From: Tieghemostelium lacteum
Taxonomy: Eukaryota
Direction of reading: 5' to 3'
Assembly (NCBI GenBank): GCA_001606155.1
Contig: LODT01000016.1
Span: 385,870 to 449,869 of the forward strand
Length of the DNA: 64,000 nucleotides
Part shown: positions 47,982 to 58,170 of the stretch, piece by piece
How the letters are laid out: the number at the start of each line of letters is the position of its first letter
Position numbering within the stretch: the first letter of the stretch is position 1
Notes under the pieces: model-generated
Seen by the model: only the letters and a program-made list of their open reading frames with translations
Database searches by the model: none
Told to the model about the DNA's origin: nothing
Made by a program: the position numbers and the translations under genes

Positions 47982-48846
47982 CTCTCAATATGTGATTAGG
48001 TGAATGTCTTAGAATTAAAAAATTATAATTAAAAATGATGATGATTAAAAAAAACAAAAATTTTAAAATATTAATAATTGTATTTATATTATTTATTTAA
48101 AATAGAATGATTTTTTTTAATTAGATTTAACAGAATCATAGTATATTGCCACATTATATTTATTATTTATTTATCTAAATTTAATACTATTATAGCATCA
48201 ATAGTATTTATAAATGGGTCAAAACATTATATTCAATATATATTTTATTTCAATTTATAAATAAAAATAGATTAGATTTTTATTCACTGTGATTATATTT
48301 TTTAAAAGGCATATTGTTTTATGTGACATTTTAACTAGTTTTTAATAAAATTGGTTCAAATTTAGATGCAGACGGGCCTATATCAGACAGTGGAAAAACA
48401 TAATTCCTTTTAAAAAATATAAACATAGTGGATTCACTAATAAACTCTAAAGTTTCTAGAATACTAATTGAACATTTTTTCCTAAGTTTATCGAGAATTT
48501 GGTAACCATTTAGAGGTTCATATAACCAGTTTATGCCAATTTTCAACAGTTGCTAGGTTTTAGTCATTATTATTAAAAGACATTTGTTGGGTTCCTAAGT
48601 TTTGAAGGTTTAATGAATAATTATAGAAATTTGTTTCTAACAGAATTTATAATTATATAGAATAAAATAAATATTAATTTCAATTTAAATATTTTTAAAA
48701 TAAATATTAATTTCAATTTAAAAATTTTTGTTTTTTTTACTTCATTTTAAACGAAAAAATAAATTTTTTGTGCAGTAACTTTCATTTCATCATCTATTCC
48801 CCACATCGATTTATATATATACAAATATATATATATTTTTTATTTA

Positions 48847-49818
48847 TTAAAAATGATTTCTATGAATAGATGGATTCTGATAATATTTAAGAGCTTGTTG
48901 ATAAGTTGACGATAATTTTGAGTCTACAATTTCACAAGATTCCAAATATTTTTGAATATACATTTTATGAAGTGGATATGTTTTCTTGTGTAGAATTGCA
49001 ATTTGAAAACCGTCATAATAAGTACGGCTAAGTGCCATTATTCCATTACTAATCTGCTCAGATTCCTTTAATAATAAATCTACATTCTTTAAAACTCTTT
49101 TAATTTGTTCCTCTGTCTTCATAGGCATAGTTGGTATCATACTATCCAATTCATGTGCCTTCTGTATACGTTCAGCCAACACCTTATCACGACAAATACA
49201 ACTCTCCAAACAATTTACAGACCACTTCTCACGAATCACCTGTTCTCTAGCATCTCTATATCCCTTGCTAGTTGAAATATCGTTATAGAAATGGTACTGA
49301 ATAGATATTTCTTCTCCCTCCTGAATATCCCTAATGGCAATCAATATAAAGGCATTCAAATCCGTTATAAACTTATTAGTTGCATTATTTCTACAGTCGT
49401 GGTTAACCCTTGCTAAACGAATTCCTAAGTTATCTCCAGACTCCTCTCTATAAAATGAATTTAAATCCCATTTCTCTTGAAGTGTACCTTCGTGTGGCAT
49501 AAGTGCATTGATGAATGGTAGTGGCACATCTTCAATCTTTCTATATCCTCTGTCTACCATGATTCTAGTGTGCTTTGGTAAAAGTCTTTTGGAGAATACT
49601 CCAAGACCTTTTCCATCGACTGTCTCTCTGATTTCCCAATCAATGTCTTCTTCGCAGATTTGTTCTTTACACCACTGTTTATGGTGTTGTCCTACTGCAC
49701 CCCAATCATTAACTTGACAATCTCTAGAACAATATGATCTCTTTTTACATCCTCCACACATTTTAACTTTATCTGCTTCCAAAGGAATTAAACAGTATGC
49801 ACAATGTCTTGATACCAT
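48847..49818 (-). CDS. SET and MYND domain protein (SMYD-like lysine methyltransferase)
   Basis: N-terminal MYND finger (CAYC...CGGC..RSYCSRDCQ..DW..HK.WC). SET core (ARVNHDCRNNA...EGEEISIQY) with a post-SET Cys cluster. Confidence 0.7.
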   Translation of the reverse strand: MVSRHCAYCLIPLEADKVKMCGGCKKRSYCSRDCQVNDWGAVGQHHKQWCKEQICEEDIDWEIRETVDGKGLGVFSKRLLPKHTRIMVDRGYRKIEDVPLPFINALMPHEGTLQEKWDLNSFYREESGDNLGIRLARVNHDCRNNATNKFITDLNAFILIAIRDIQEGEEISIQYHFYNDISTSKGYRDAREQVIREKWSVNCLESCICRDKVLAERIQKAHELDSMIPTMPMKTEEQIKRVLKNVDLLLKESEQISNGIMALSRTYYDGFQIAILHKKTYPLHKMYIQKYLESCEIVDSKLSSTYQQALKYYQNPSIHRNHF

Positions 49819-49953
49819 GATTCTTTGAAAAATGATTTACTTGAATCTACTAAATCGAATTGAACAAATAGTATTATCTCAAATAACGGTATTTTAAAAA
49901 AATGAAAATTTTTTGTCAATTTTATTTGTTATACATGTAGAGTGCAAGTGCTA

Positions 49954-51414
49954 TTAATTGTACATTCTAATTAAGTACTGCTGTATAATACTATCCAATT
50001 GAGAAACTCCAACTGTTAGTGAAGTTAAATGGTGAAAGTTATCATTAATTACATTTCTGAATAGTTCAATGTCTTGATTGGTGATTTGATATCTTATAAT
50101 ACAATATTGTTTTGTATGAATAGAAGATAATCGATGGTTACTTGATATTAAGTCACATAGAAGTGGTATGTACATTTGAGAATTTTGAAAATCACTGTTT
50201 TGGTCTATTCTAAATTCTTTAAGAGTGGTATTGGATTTCAAAGACTCTGTAATCTGTTGAAATACCATGGCAGTAATTTGAATAAAGCTCAATGATTCAA
50301 GTGTAGGATGATTTATATCGATTATTTTACATGCATCTTTATGTTCAACTCTAGAATTAAATGACACTGTTGTGATATACTGGTTAGTTCTGAGACCTTT
50401 GATAACCAATGAGTAATTAGGAATGTGCATATTATATAAATCAATGTATCTCAAAGACTTAAGTTTAGGTAGATTCATTTCTAGAATTTTGTCAATTTCT
50501 GTGGTTTCTTGGGCACACTCTATACAAGTCAAGTTAGGATGATAGTCTAAAATCAGTTGAGGTGTAGCTTCAAATGCCTCATGGAATTTCCACTCTTGAA
50601 GCCCTGAAGGCCTATTCCAGAGACTAAATATTGAGAAATAGTTATTATATCCTTCCATGGTAAGTGTTCTAAGTGATTGGTTACTTATTGGTATTTCATC
50701 AACTTCATTTTCATTTTCTAAAGCACAACCAACATTCAGGGACTTTAAAGCTGTGTTAGAGTTTAAACCATTTACCAATGTGGATTGTTTCAATCTACCA
50801 TTGATAAAGTCTATTTTTCGAATGGATCCTTTAGCCAATACTACCTGTGCAATTTTAGTTATATCATGGAACCCTGAAGAAACTAAATTAAATGTCTTTA
50901 ATTGTGGGGTGATTTGTATCAATTGTACAATATTGGAGATATCCGCAATTCTAGTCAAATTCAATCTCAGATGAGTGATGTTTTTTAGATGATATAAAGA
51001 CACATTAGATGAATAGCTATCAACAATAACCTTATGTAGATTAGGAAAGGTTTGTAAAAGTTTCTCTTTAGGGGATTGATCGTAATTTAACCACCAAATA
51101 ATATGTTCATTATTGGTTAATATCAAAACCTCTAAATATGAATATAAATCTATATTTGAAGGACCACCTACTAAACTACCACTTATTCTAAACCCATCTT
51201 TTCTCTGAAATGATTTGAAACCATTCAAAATATCTCTACTTTCTGTTGATAAGTGATATTCTTTAATCTTGGGTATTATTTTTTTATACCATTCAGAACA
51301 TACAAGTGAAATATCTGTTATAAAATTACAATATTGTCTAACTTCATAATATTTTGCAATATTATTTAAAATTCTTAATATATCTGTTATGATATATGAT
51401 GGTAATGTCATCAA
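49954..51414 (-). CDS. Leucine-rich repeat (RNI-like) protein, possibly F-box-like at the N-terminus
   Basis: Regular L-x-x-L-x-L repeats throughout. N-terminal YIITDILRILNNIAKYY is F-box-like. Confidence 0.45.
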   Translation of the reverse strand: MMTLPSYIITDILRILNNIAKYYEVRQYCNFITDISLVCSEWYKKIIPKIKEYHLSTESRDILNGFKSFQRKDGFRISGSLVGGPSNIDLYSYLEVLILTNNEHIIWWLNYDQSPKEKLLQTFPNLHKVIVDSYSSNVSLYHLKNITHLRLNLTRIADISNIVQLIQITPQLKTFNLVSSGFHDITKIAQVVLAKGSIRKIDFINGRLKQSTLVNGLNSNTALKSLNVGCALENENEVDEIPISNQSLRTLTMEGYNNYFSIFSLWNRPSGLQEWKFHEAFEATPQLILDYHPNLTCIECAQETTEIDKILEMNLPKLKSLRYIDLYNMHIPNYSLVIKGLRTNQYITTVSFNSRVEHKDACKIIDINHPTLESLSFIQITAMVFQQITESLKSNTTLKEFRIDQNSDFQNSQMYIPLLCDLISSNHRLSSIHTKQYCIIRYQITNQDIELFRNVINDNFHHLTSLTVGVSQLDSIIQQYLIRMYN

Positions 51415-51692
51415 TAGCTAATGTAAAAAAAATTACTATAAATTTAAATATTTTTACTATAAATTTTTGTTGGACCGGTTATATTTTAGGAAGTTCATAG
51501 TTGGACTGGTCTATCTACTTGGTATGAATACAGATAAAAATGATGTTTGAAATTGAAATTGAAAGTTAATTTTTTTAAAAATGTAAAAGCCAAACCCATC
51601 AAATTCTTTGAAATTTTAATTATAATTTTTTTAAATGTATTTTAACTTTCTTAAGTTTATATTTTATTTTGATCAGTTTAAAGTCACAAGAG

Positions 51693-52071
51693 ATGTCATC
51701 TATTTGCCCATATTGTAATAAAAAAGTTTTCTTTGCAGAAAGACAATTCTATAAAGGTAAATAAATAAAGGTTAATAATAGAATTATTCAAACATAAAGC
51801 ATAATCTGACTTTGAAAATTGGAAAAAAACCATAGGAAAAGACTATCACATGATTTGTCATGGTCTTTTAATTAAAGAAGAACAAAAATCAGCACCAAAA
51901 GTATTTGCAATTCATGAACAGATATTTTGTAATCCAGAAGAAAACTCTAAACATTCTTATCCATTGGCATCCAAAGAACCTGTTAGACCAACTAATTGTT
52001 ACAGTTGTAAAACACCAGTTAAACCTGATGCCAACTTTTGTGTAAAATGTGGTACTAAAGTTGTAATATAA
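51693..52071 (+). CDS. Small Cys-rich zinc-binding protein (LIM-half-like N-terminus, C-terminal CxxC...CxxC ribbon); exons 51693..51756 and 51836..52071
   Basis: ATG at 51693 (MSSICPYCNKKVFFAERQFYK). Phase-1 GTAAAT donor with AG at 51834-51835, in frame with ORF 51850 (…GKDYHMICHG…CYSCKTPVKPDANFCVKCGTKV). Confidence 0.4.
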
Positions 52072-52133
52072 ACAATAATAATCAAAAATTTATATATTTA
52101 TTTAGACTACCCCCCTTCTTCAAATTCAAAAGT

Positions 52134-53798
52134 TTATTTTTTATTTTTAAAATATAGTTTTCTAAAAGATCTTCTAGAGTCTTGTTCAACCAAGAACTCT
52201 TTATATAATGGCCATATTTGTTTAAGGTCATCTAAACCATAGTAATGCTCGGGTAAATACTTATTAAAGAAACTGTCAAAGTTATCATTAGTTTGTTTAT
52301 CCACTTCATTTAAATGTGGGTAGAGTTTGTCTCTACAAAATGTAGATTTTAATTGTTCGAGATGATTTATGTCGCCTACTATTTGGTAGGCTTGTGTACC
52401 GTCTTTAGTATCCACAAAACTAGTATCATAAAGATGCAATGTGTGTGGAGGTGCAACAGGAGCTCTCACTGAAAATGGTGATTTTAATGCAATTTCCAAA
52501 CCCTCTAAACTTTGATACCCTTTATAAACTGCCAAAAAGTAACCCATCATCTTTCTAATTTGATAGGTTATAAATGATTCACCAGTAACTTCAAATCTTA
52601 TCCATTCCTCTCCATCAATTATCATTGGTTTTCTATTGACACTAAATGAACTTATATTCCTTATATTCTTTACATTAGTTCTAAATGACAATTTCTCTAA
52701 ATTTCTATCAACTTTAATCTCTCTTCTCTTTTTTAAATTGTCATTATTACTATTAGTTTCTTCCACTTCCACTTCTTCGTTTTCAACTTCTTCATCTTCA
52801 TCCACCTGCTCTTCATCCTCTATTTCATTTTCTTTTTCCAATTCTACTGAATTTTGATTTGTAGTTGAACTATTATTGTTAGGTACTCTTACATCTTTAT
52901 AGGTTTTTCTATGAGATGTAAAATTATGAAAACTATTCCAACCCACAAATTTTGATAGAATTTCGTCCATTCTATCAAAATCCTTTACGTGAAGATACTT
53001 TTGTGGTATTAGATAGTGGTAGGTTCTTTCATTGCAATTCCTTCTAGCTGAAAAGGATCTTGGTATTTTATAGGCTGATAGCAATCTCAAATTCTCTGGT
53101 AAATGTTTATTAATTTCACTGACAAATTGAATGGCGTTATTGTCTTTTGAGAATTTATAATCATCCAATAAAACATGTGCTGATATAACTGTACAGAGTG
53201 AATGTACACCTTTATCAGTCCTCGATGATCTCTCCCATTTAATTCTATTCAAATCACCTAGATTTGTAGGTAGAATATGCCCTGCTATAAACATTGCCTT
53301 CTCTAATACATTTTCCAATCCTTGAAATTTCAAAGATGGTAAATACTCCAATCCACTGTATCCCGTTCCAATATATGCAAAATACAGAGCTAACTTTGAT
53401 TTTTTACCATGACAATGTAGGTTCTTTGGATCTGAACTATCAGAGAATTTATCTTGATGTGAGAGATAAAACTGATTGATATGCTCTCTATATAACTGTG
53501 TATCAGTTTGTTGTTGGCCTATACTATTGATTTTATACAATCTATTCTTTTCAATTTCCTCTGGTGTTAAGTTTAAATTGGATAAACAGCTAAGGTATTT
53601 CCTTTTTTTAAAATCTGATTCATCTCTGTTCTTAAACTGTTTTCTACTGGAACGGTTTGAAAATATATCAGAGTTTTTATTAAATAATATACTGTTACTA
53701 CCCTTGCTAAAATTTCTTTGGAATGTATTTAAATTAATATTAAATAATTTTAGTCTCGATATCATCAGATTTTGTAAATGATTGCAACCAGCAACCAA
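52134..53798 (-). CDS. tRNA pseudouridine synthase, TruA/Pus1-3 family
   Basis: TruA blocks (LALYFAYIGTGYSGLEY, RTDKGVHSLCTVIS). An acidic insert (EDEEQVDEDEEVENEE) and a second TruA-fold half follow. Confidence 0.7.
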   Translation of the reverse strand: MVAGCNHLQNLMISRLKLFNINLNTFQRNFSKGSNSILFNKNSDIFSNRSSRKQFKNRDESDFKKRKYLSCLSNLNLTPEEIEKNRLYKINSIGQQQTDTQLYREHINQFYLSHQDKFSDSSDPKNLHCHGKKSKLALYFAYIGTGYSGLEYLPSLKFQGLENVLEKAMFIAGHILPTNLGDLNRIKWERSSRTDKGVHSLCTVISAHVLLDDYKFSKDNNAIQFVSEINKHLPENLRLLSAYKIPRSFSARRNCNERTYHYLIPQKYLHVKDFDRMDEILSKFVGWNSFHNFTSHRKTYKDVRVPNNNSSTTNQNSVELEKENEIEDEEQVDEDEEVENEEVEVEETNSNNDNLKKRREIKVDRNLEKLSFRTNVKNIRNISSFSVNRKPMIIDGEEWIRFEVTGESFITYQIRKMMGYFLAVYKGYQSLEGLEIALKSPFSVRAPVAPPHTLHLYDTSFVDTKDGTQAYQIVGDINHLEQLKSTFCRDKLYPHLNEVDKQTNDNFDSFFNKYLPEHYYGLDDLKQIWPLYKEFLVEQDSRRSFRKLYFKNKK

Positions 53799-53985
53799 AT
53801 TACAAAAAAAAATAAAAATTTAACACACTAATGTTTATTTGAAAACGTATATCATAGTAAAATGGTACCGATTCATATCTGTTAAAATATTATTATTTTA
53901 AATTCATATCCATTATATTTAAATTAATTTTGTATATAAAAATAATTATTATTATTATTAATATTATTTTAATTGTTTTAAAAAA

Positions 53986-55047
53986 ATGATAGGTAATGAA
54001 ATCCCAGTATACCCAAAAACATATATGGAATTACACAAATATTTTAATGGATATCGTATATGTAAGGCTATAAATGTGATGGTTAGATTCGAGGTACCTA
54101 GAAGACTTGGAAACTCACTAGAATCCAAACGTTCTAGTGATGATATAGCAAAAGAGATTGGATGTCATGCCGAGGCTTTGTATCGTTTAATGAGAGCTTT
54201 GGCTAGTGAAGGTATTTTCAAAGAAATTATAGACCCTAAAACTCCACGTCTATTTCAGCATACTCAAATGTCATTGGATTTATCAGATCCCTGTTTCCAA
54301 GGTGAATTATTTATGCATACTGGTACTGGTCATTACAAGAGTATGGAAACTCTACCTGAAACCATAATGACTGGAAAATCACAATGTGGTAAAGCATTCA
54401 ATGAAGAAAGTTACTGGCATGCTTTGGCTAAAGACAAGAATATTGAAAATGAGCTTACAATAGGAATGAGTTCTTTAAGTTCAAGACAATTTAATGAAAT
54501 TGTGCAGTTAGGTAATTTTGATCAATTTGAAATTGTTTGTGATTTGGGTGGTTGTGAAGGAGTTTTAATGAAAAATATTCTAGATAATTGTCCAAAAGTT
54601 AAGAAGGGTATTAACTTTGACCAACCACATGTCATCAAAAATATTATGGAGAAGCAAGGTGTAATATCTAGTGATCCTAGATACAGTCAAGTTGGTGGTA
54701 GTTTCTTTGAATCTGTTCCAGAGGCAGACTGTTATACCATGAAATGGATTATTCATGATTGGAATGACGAGAAATCCATTCAAATACTCAATACCATTGC
54801 AAAGTCTATTAAACCAGGTGGAAAAGTCTATATCATTGACTATATCCTCAGTGAAGATGATATGAATTCTGATCATTATAAATTTATAGTTTGGCTTGAT
54901 ATCTTTCTTCTACATCTTTGTGAAGGTAAAGAAAGAACTAAAAAAGAACTTTTGGAAATTGTAAGTCACACTCCATTCAAAGTTGATAGCTATTTATTTC
55001 CAAAGCAAAAACTAGTTCTTCCAATAACTGTTCTCTCTCTTAAATAA
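53986..55047 (+). CDS. Class I SAM-dependent O-methyltransferase (plant-type OMT family 2)
   Basis: N-terminal dimerisation region, SAM motif DLGGCEGVLMKNIL, and a GGSFFESVPEADCYTMKWIIHDWNDEK block typical of COMT-like OMTs. Confidence 0.75.
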   Translation: MIGNEIPVYPKTYMELHKYFNGYRICKAINVMVRFEVPRRLGNSLESKRSSDDIAKEIGCHAEALYRLMRALASEGIFKEIIDPKTPRLFQHTQMSLDLSDPCFQGELFMHTGTGHYKSMETLPETIMTGKSQCGKAFNEESYWHALAKDKNIENELTIGMSSLSSRQFNEIVQLGNFDQFEIVCDLGGCEGVLMKNILDNCPKVKKGINFDQPHVIKNIMEKQGVISSDPRYSQVGGSFFESVPEADCYTMKWIIHDWNDEKSIQILNTIAKSIKPGGKVYIIDYILSEDDMNSDHYKFIVWLDIFLLHLCEGKERTKKELLEIVSHTPFKVDSYLFPKQKLVLPITVLSLK

Positions 55048-55148
55048 ACTTTCCATTATTGAACATTTATGTTTCTTAATATATATATATGTATGTATTT
55101 TTATTTATATGTTTTAAATGTATTTAATAGAGAACAGATTATAATAGT

Positions 55149-57402
55149 TTAGTTTTCAGGAAGTTCATATTGTTTGAAATTATCATTTTTAAGACCCATT
55201 CTTGCTTTTCTTCTTCTTTCTTCTAGAGCATATCTTTTATAGAATATTACAAATACTACAGCTAGAGTAATGGCACAGACTGCTGCTAATACTATTCCAA
55301 CTATAATTCCAACAGACAGTTTTGATTCTGAACCACTGTTGGAACTTTCACTACTTATCTTATTAGGTATAGTTATTTCCATTACATTACTAGGTTGATT
55401 ATTAATAATTACAGATAACTGTTGTGTTGGTTGCTGATTATTTAATTTAATTTGAATGGTTTCAAATGTTAATTCGGTGATGGTGTATTGGTCTGGAGTT
55501 AGAATTGTATTTCCAATTTTAATTTGAATTAATGATTGATCATTTCCGAAATTCTCACCATTTAGAAAAATAGATGAACTATCAAATTGGTATTCAAATG
55601 AATGAATGATTGGTGATAGGAATGCGATTTTAATATCAGCATTAGATTGTTTACCATCAATTGAAACAATAATATTATTAATTACTGATGTTGTTGGTAA
55701 ATGAGTACAAATGATATTATTATCATTATTTTGTGATGGATCATAACATGATGTGTTGTTTTGTAGATTCATAATCTTTAAAACAGTATTTTCATTGTTG
55801 AATCTCTTCATATTTAGATATTTACCAATGATTGTGATTATTCCTCCATTCTTGTTGATAATTCCTTTAATTTCTTGAATTGATGGAATTAATTTAACAG
55901 GGATTGGATTAGTTGATTTACTATAAGGTGTATATACAATTATATCGCCATTTAGAATATTACTATCATTGAATAGTTGAGGTAATGATAATATTAATGA
56001 TGATTTACTACAATTTGCAATTGTATTCAATTTAATAACTTTTGAATTGAGAGTGAAATTACTACTGATCATTAATTGTTGTGAATTATCAAAATTATCA
56101 CCAAGAATTGTAATTGTATTATTAATATCTTGTTCAACTTTGGTGACTTTAGGAAGATAATAAGTGAATTTAAATGGAGGTATATCAGCTTGAACTGAAT
56201 CAATTGATAATGAAATTGGAAGATTTTCATCATTTTCAAAACCTTGAGGCATTGTACATTTCAATGTTGTGAATTTAACATCATCAATATTTGTTGGTGA
56301 TGAACATATTTTATTCCCCATTTTAATGAGGATATCAGAGGATGTTCCATTTTGTCTTTTACAATTCAAATTTTCACCTGTAATTGTAACTTCTCCACCT
56401 GAATATGAATTCAAATTACTTATAGCTGTGAGTTTTGGTTCTATAAAATTAAAATGGTGTTAGGAAAAAAATTTTGTTTTAACATATTTAAATATTTTAT
56501 TTTACATACTTGTCAATACTTTAAATGATGAAAGAGTAGAAATATTTGCGATAAAAAAATCAAAATCATAAGAATTCGAGAAATATTCAATAGATGGATA
56601 TTTTAAAATCACCTTATTATTTGAATATTCAAGATATGATGTTTGATTCTGACCAATTGAATTTATCAAAATATTTGAATAATTTGAAAATTTCGAATCT
56701 CCGAAATTATCACCAGTAATAGTAATATTATCTCCTAAAAAATTTATTGATTCTATAATTGGACCTATAAATATTGTTAGTTTTATATAAATATTTAACT
56801 AAACTATTAAACATACTTTGATAAGAAGTTTTTAAATTTTGTGTTAAAAATGCTAGTTCTATTGAATATTCAATTTCACCAACTGAATCACCTACATCAA
56901 TCTCAAATGTTGTAGAATTAATGAATGTTATATTTCCTAGTGAACTATTGAATGTTCTAGTTTCATTTAAGTTTTTTATGTTGATAAAAAGATTAAAATT
57001 AGGTGGGTATGGCTGGAAATATAAACCTGAGAATCTAAGAATTGAATTGGTATCTGGTTTTGGTTGTGATTCAACTTTTAAATTGAAAGTTTTTAATCCT
57101 ACAAAAATTGAAGAGTCTAAAGTTGGGTGGTTCTCATCATATATATAATACTTTTCTGTTTGTGAAGTTGGTTTAAGTTGAATTGTACAATTTAATTTAG
57201 ATGCCAATAAATAATAACAGTTAGGTATATATGTTTGATTTGTAAAATCAGTTGTGATTTTTGAGATATTAACAGGGTTACTAGCAAGGTATATAATGAA
57301 ATTTAATTTGGATTCTAAATTTTCTTCAAAATTAACTGATATTATTTGGGAGAAAATTGGTGATATAAGAAATAAACAATAAATTATAATTAAATATTTC
57401 AT
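55149..57402 (-). CDS. Tgr-like IPT/TIG receptor, copy D (apparently intact); exons 56817..57402, 56510..56764, 55149..56440
   Basis: Signal peptide MKYLIIIYCLFLISPIFSQ. GTATGT donors at 56816 and 56509 and acceptors tatAG at 56765 and 56441, all phase 1. Exon 3 has three IPT-like repeats, TM LSVGIIVGIVLAAVCAITLAVVFVIFY and tail KRYALEERRRKARMGLKNDNFKQYELPEN. Confidence 0.6.
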
Positions 57403-57589
57403 TGTTAAAATAAGTAAAAAATAAATATAAATATAAAATGATTTTGATAAATTTGTAAATTTAAAAATTTTTAGTTGCAAAAAATAGCTTAAGGTGTTGA
57501 AAAGGGTATTTTGGTTTTTTTTCTTAAAAATAGATTTTTAAATAATTTAATTAGAAAATAACAATATAAACTTAGACTATTTTTATACT

Positions 57590-58100
57590 ATTGGTTAAGG
57601 TTTATCTTATTCACTCTAGAACCTATATAATCCTTGAATTTTTTTATTTCTTTTCTTTCTTTTGATTTTTTATATTTTATTTTCTATATTAGCAAGGGAT
57701 AGTAGGACGCCTGTCTGTAAAACTGGAAATTAGGGTGCAACCCCTGTGGAGAGATTTTTATTTTATTGACCCTAAAAATAATCTTTAGAATTCTTCAAAA
57801 TCACCACTACCACCATCATAATCACTATCATCGGTGTCATCTTTTCGTTTTTGAACTTCATCTGTCCCTAAATGTCTTATCATCATAATCGACAGAAATT
57901 TCTTTGAGAGATATGTCGAACTTATGTTTTTTCTGTGGTGCAGTCAATTTTTAAATTAAAAATATTTCAACTGCAATAAATGGAAAAGGTAACAAAACTC
58001 CTAATAAAAGCTCAGTAGATGGTTTTGAAATTGTGAATCACCTACATCAATCTCAAATGTTGTAGAATTAATGATTGTTATATTTCCAAGTGACACCTAG
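57590..58100 (-). pseudogene. Scrambled Tgr-like debris: a 3'-end piece (57590..57660), unrelated GC-richer filler, and exon-3/exon-1-like pieces (57890..58100)
   Basis: Short stretches align to 58195..58345 (3' end of copy E) and 56885..56945 (exon 1 of copy D). No continuous frame. Confidence 0.35.
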
Positions 58101-58170
58101 GCTATTATATTTCCTAGTTAATTTTACTAAGATTCTAAAAATGTAAACAATATATGTTATTTTTATACTA

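Noticed and set aside
57695-57756. tRNA gene at the GC-rich island
   Set aside because: No T-loop (GTTCGA/GTTCAA) consensus, no 7-bp acceptor pairing and no plausible anticodon arm. It is only a 4-bp hairpin.
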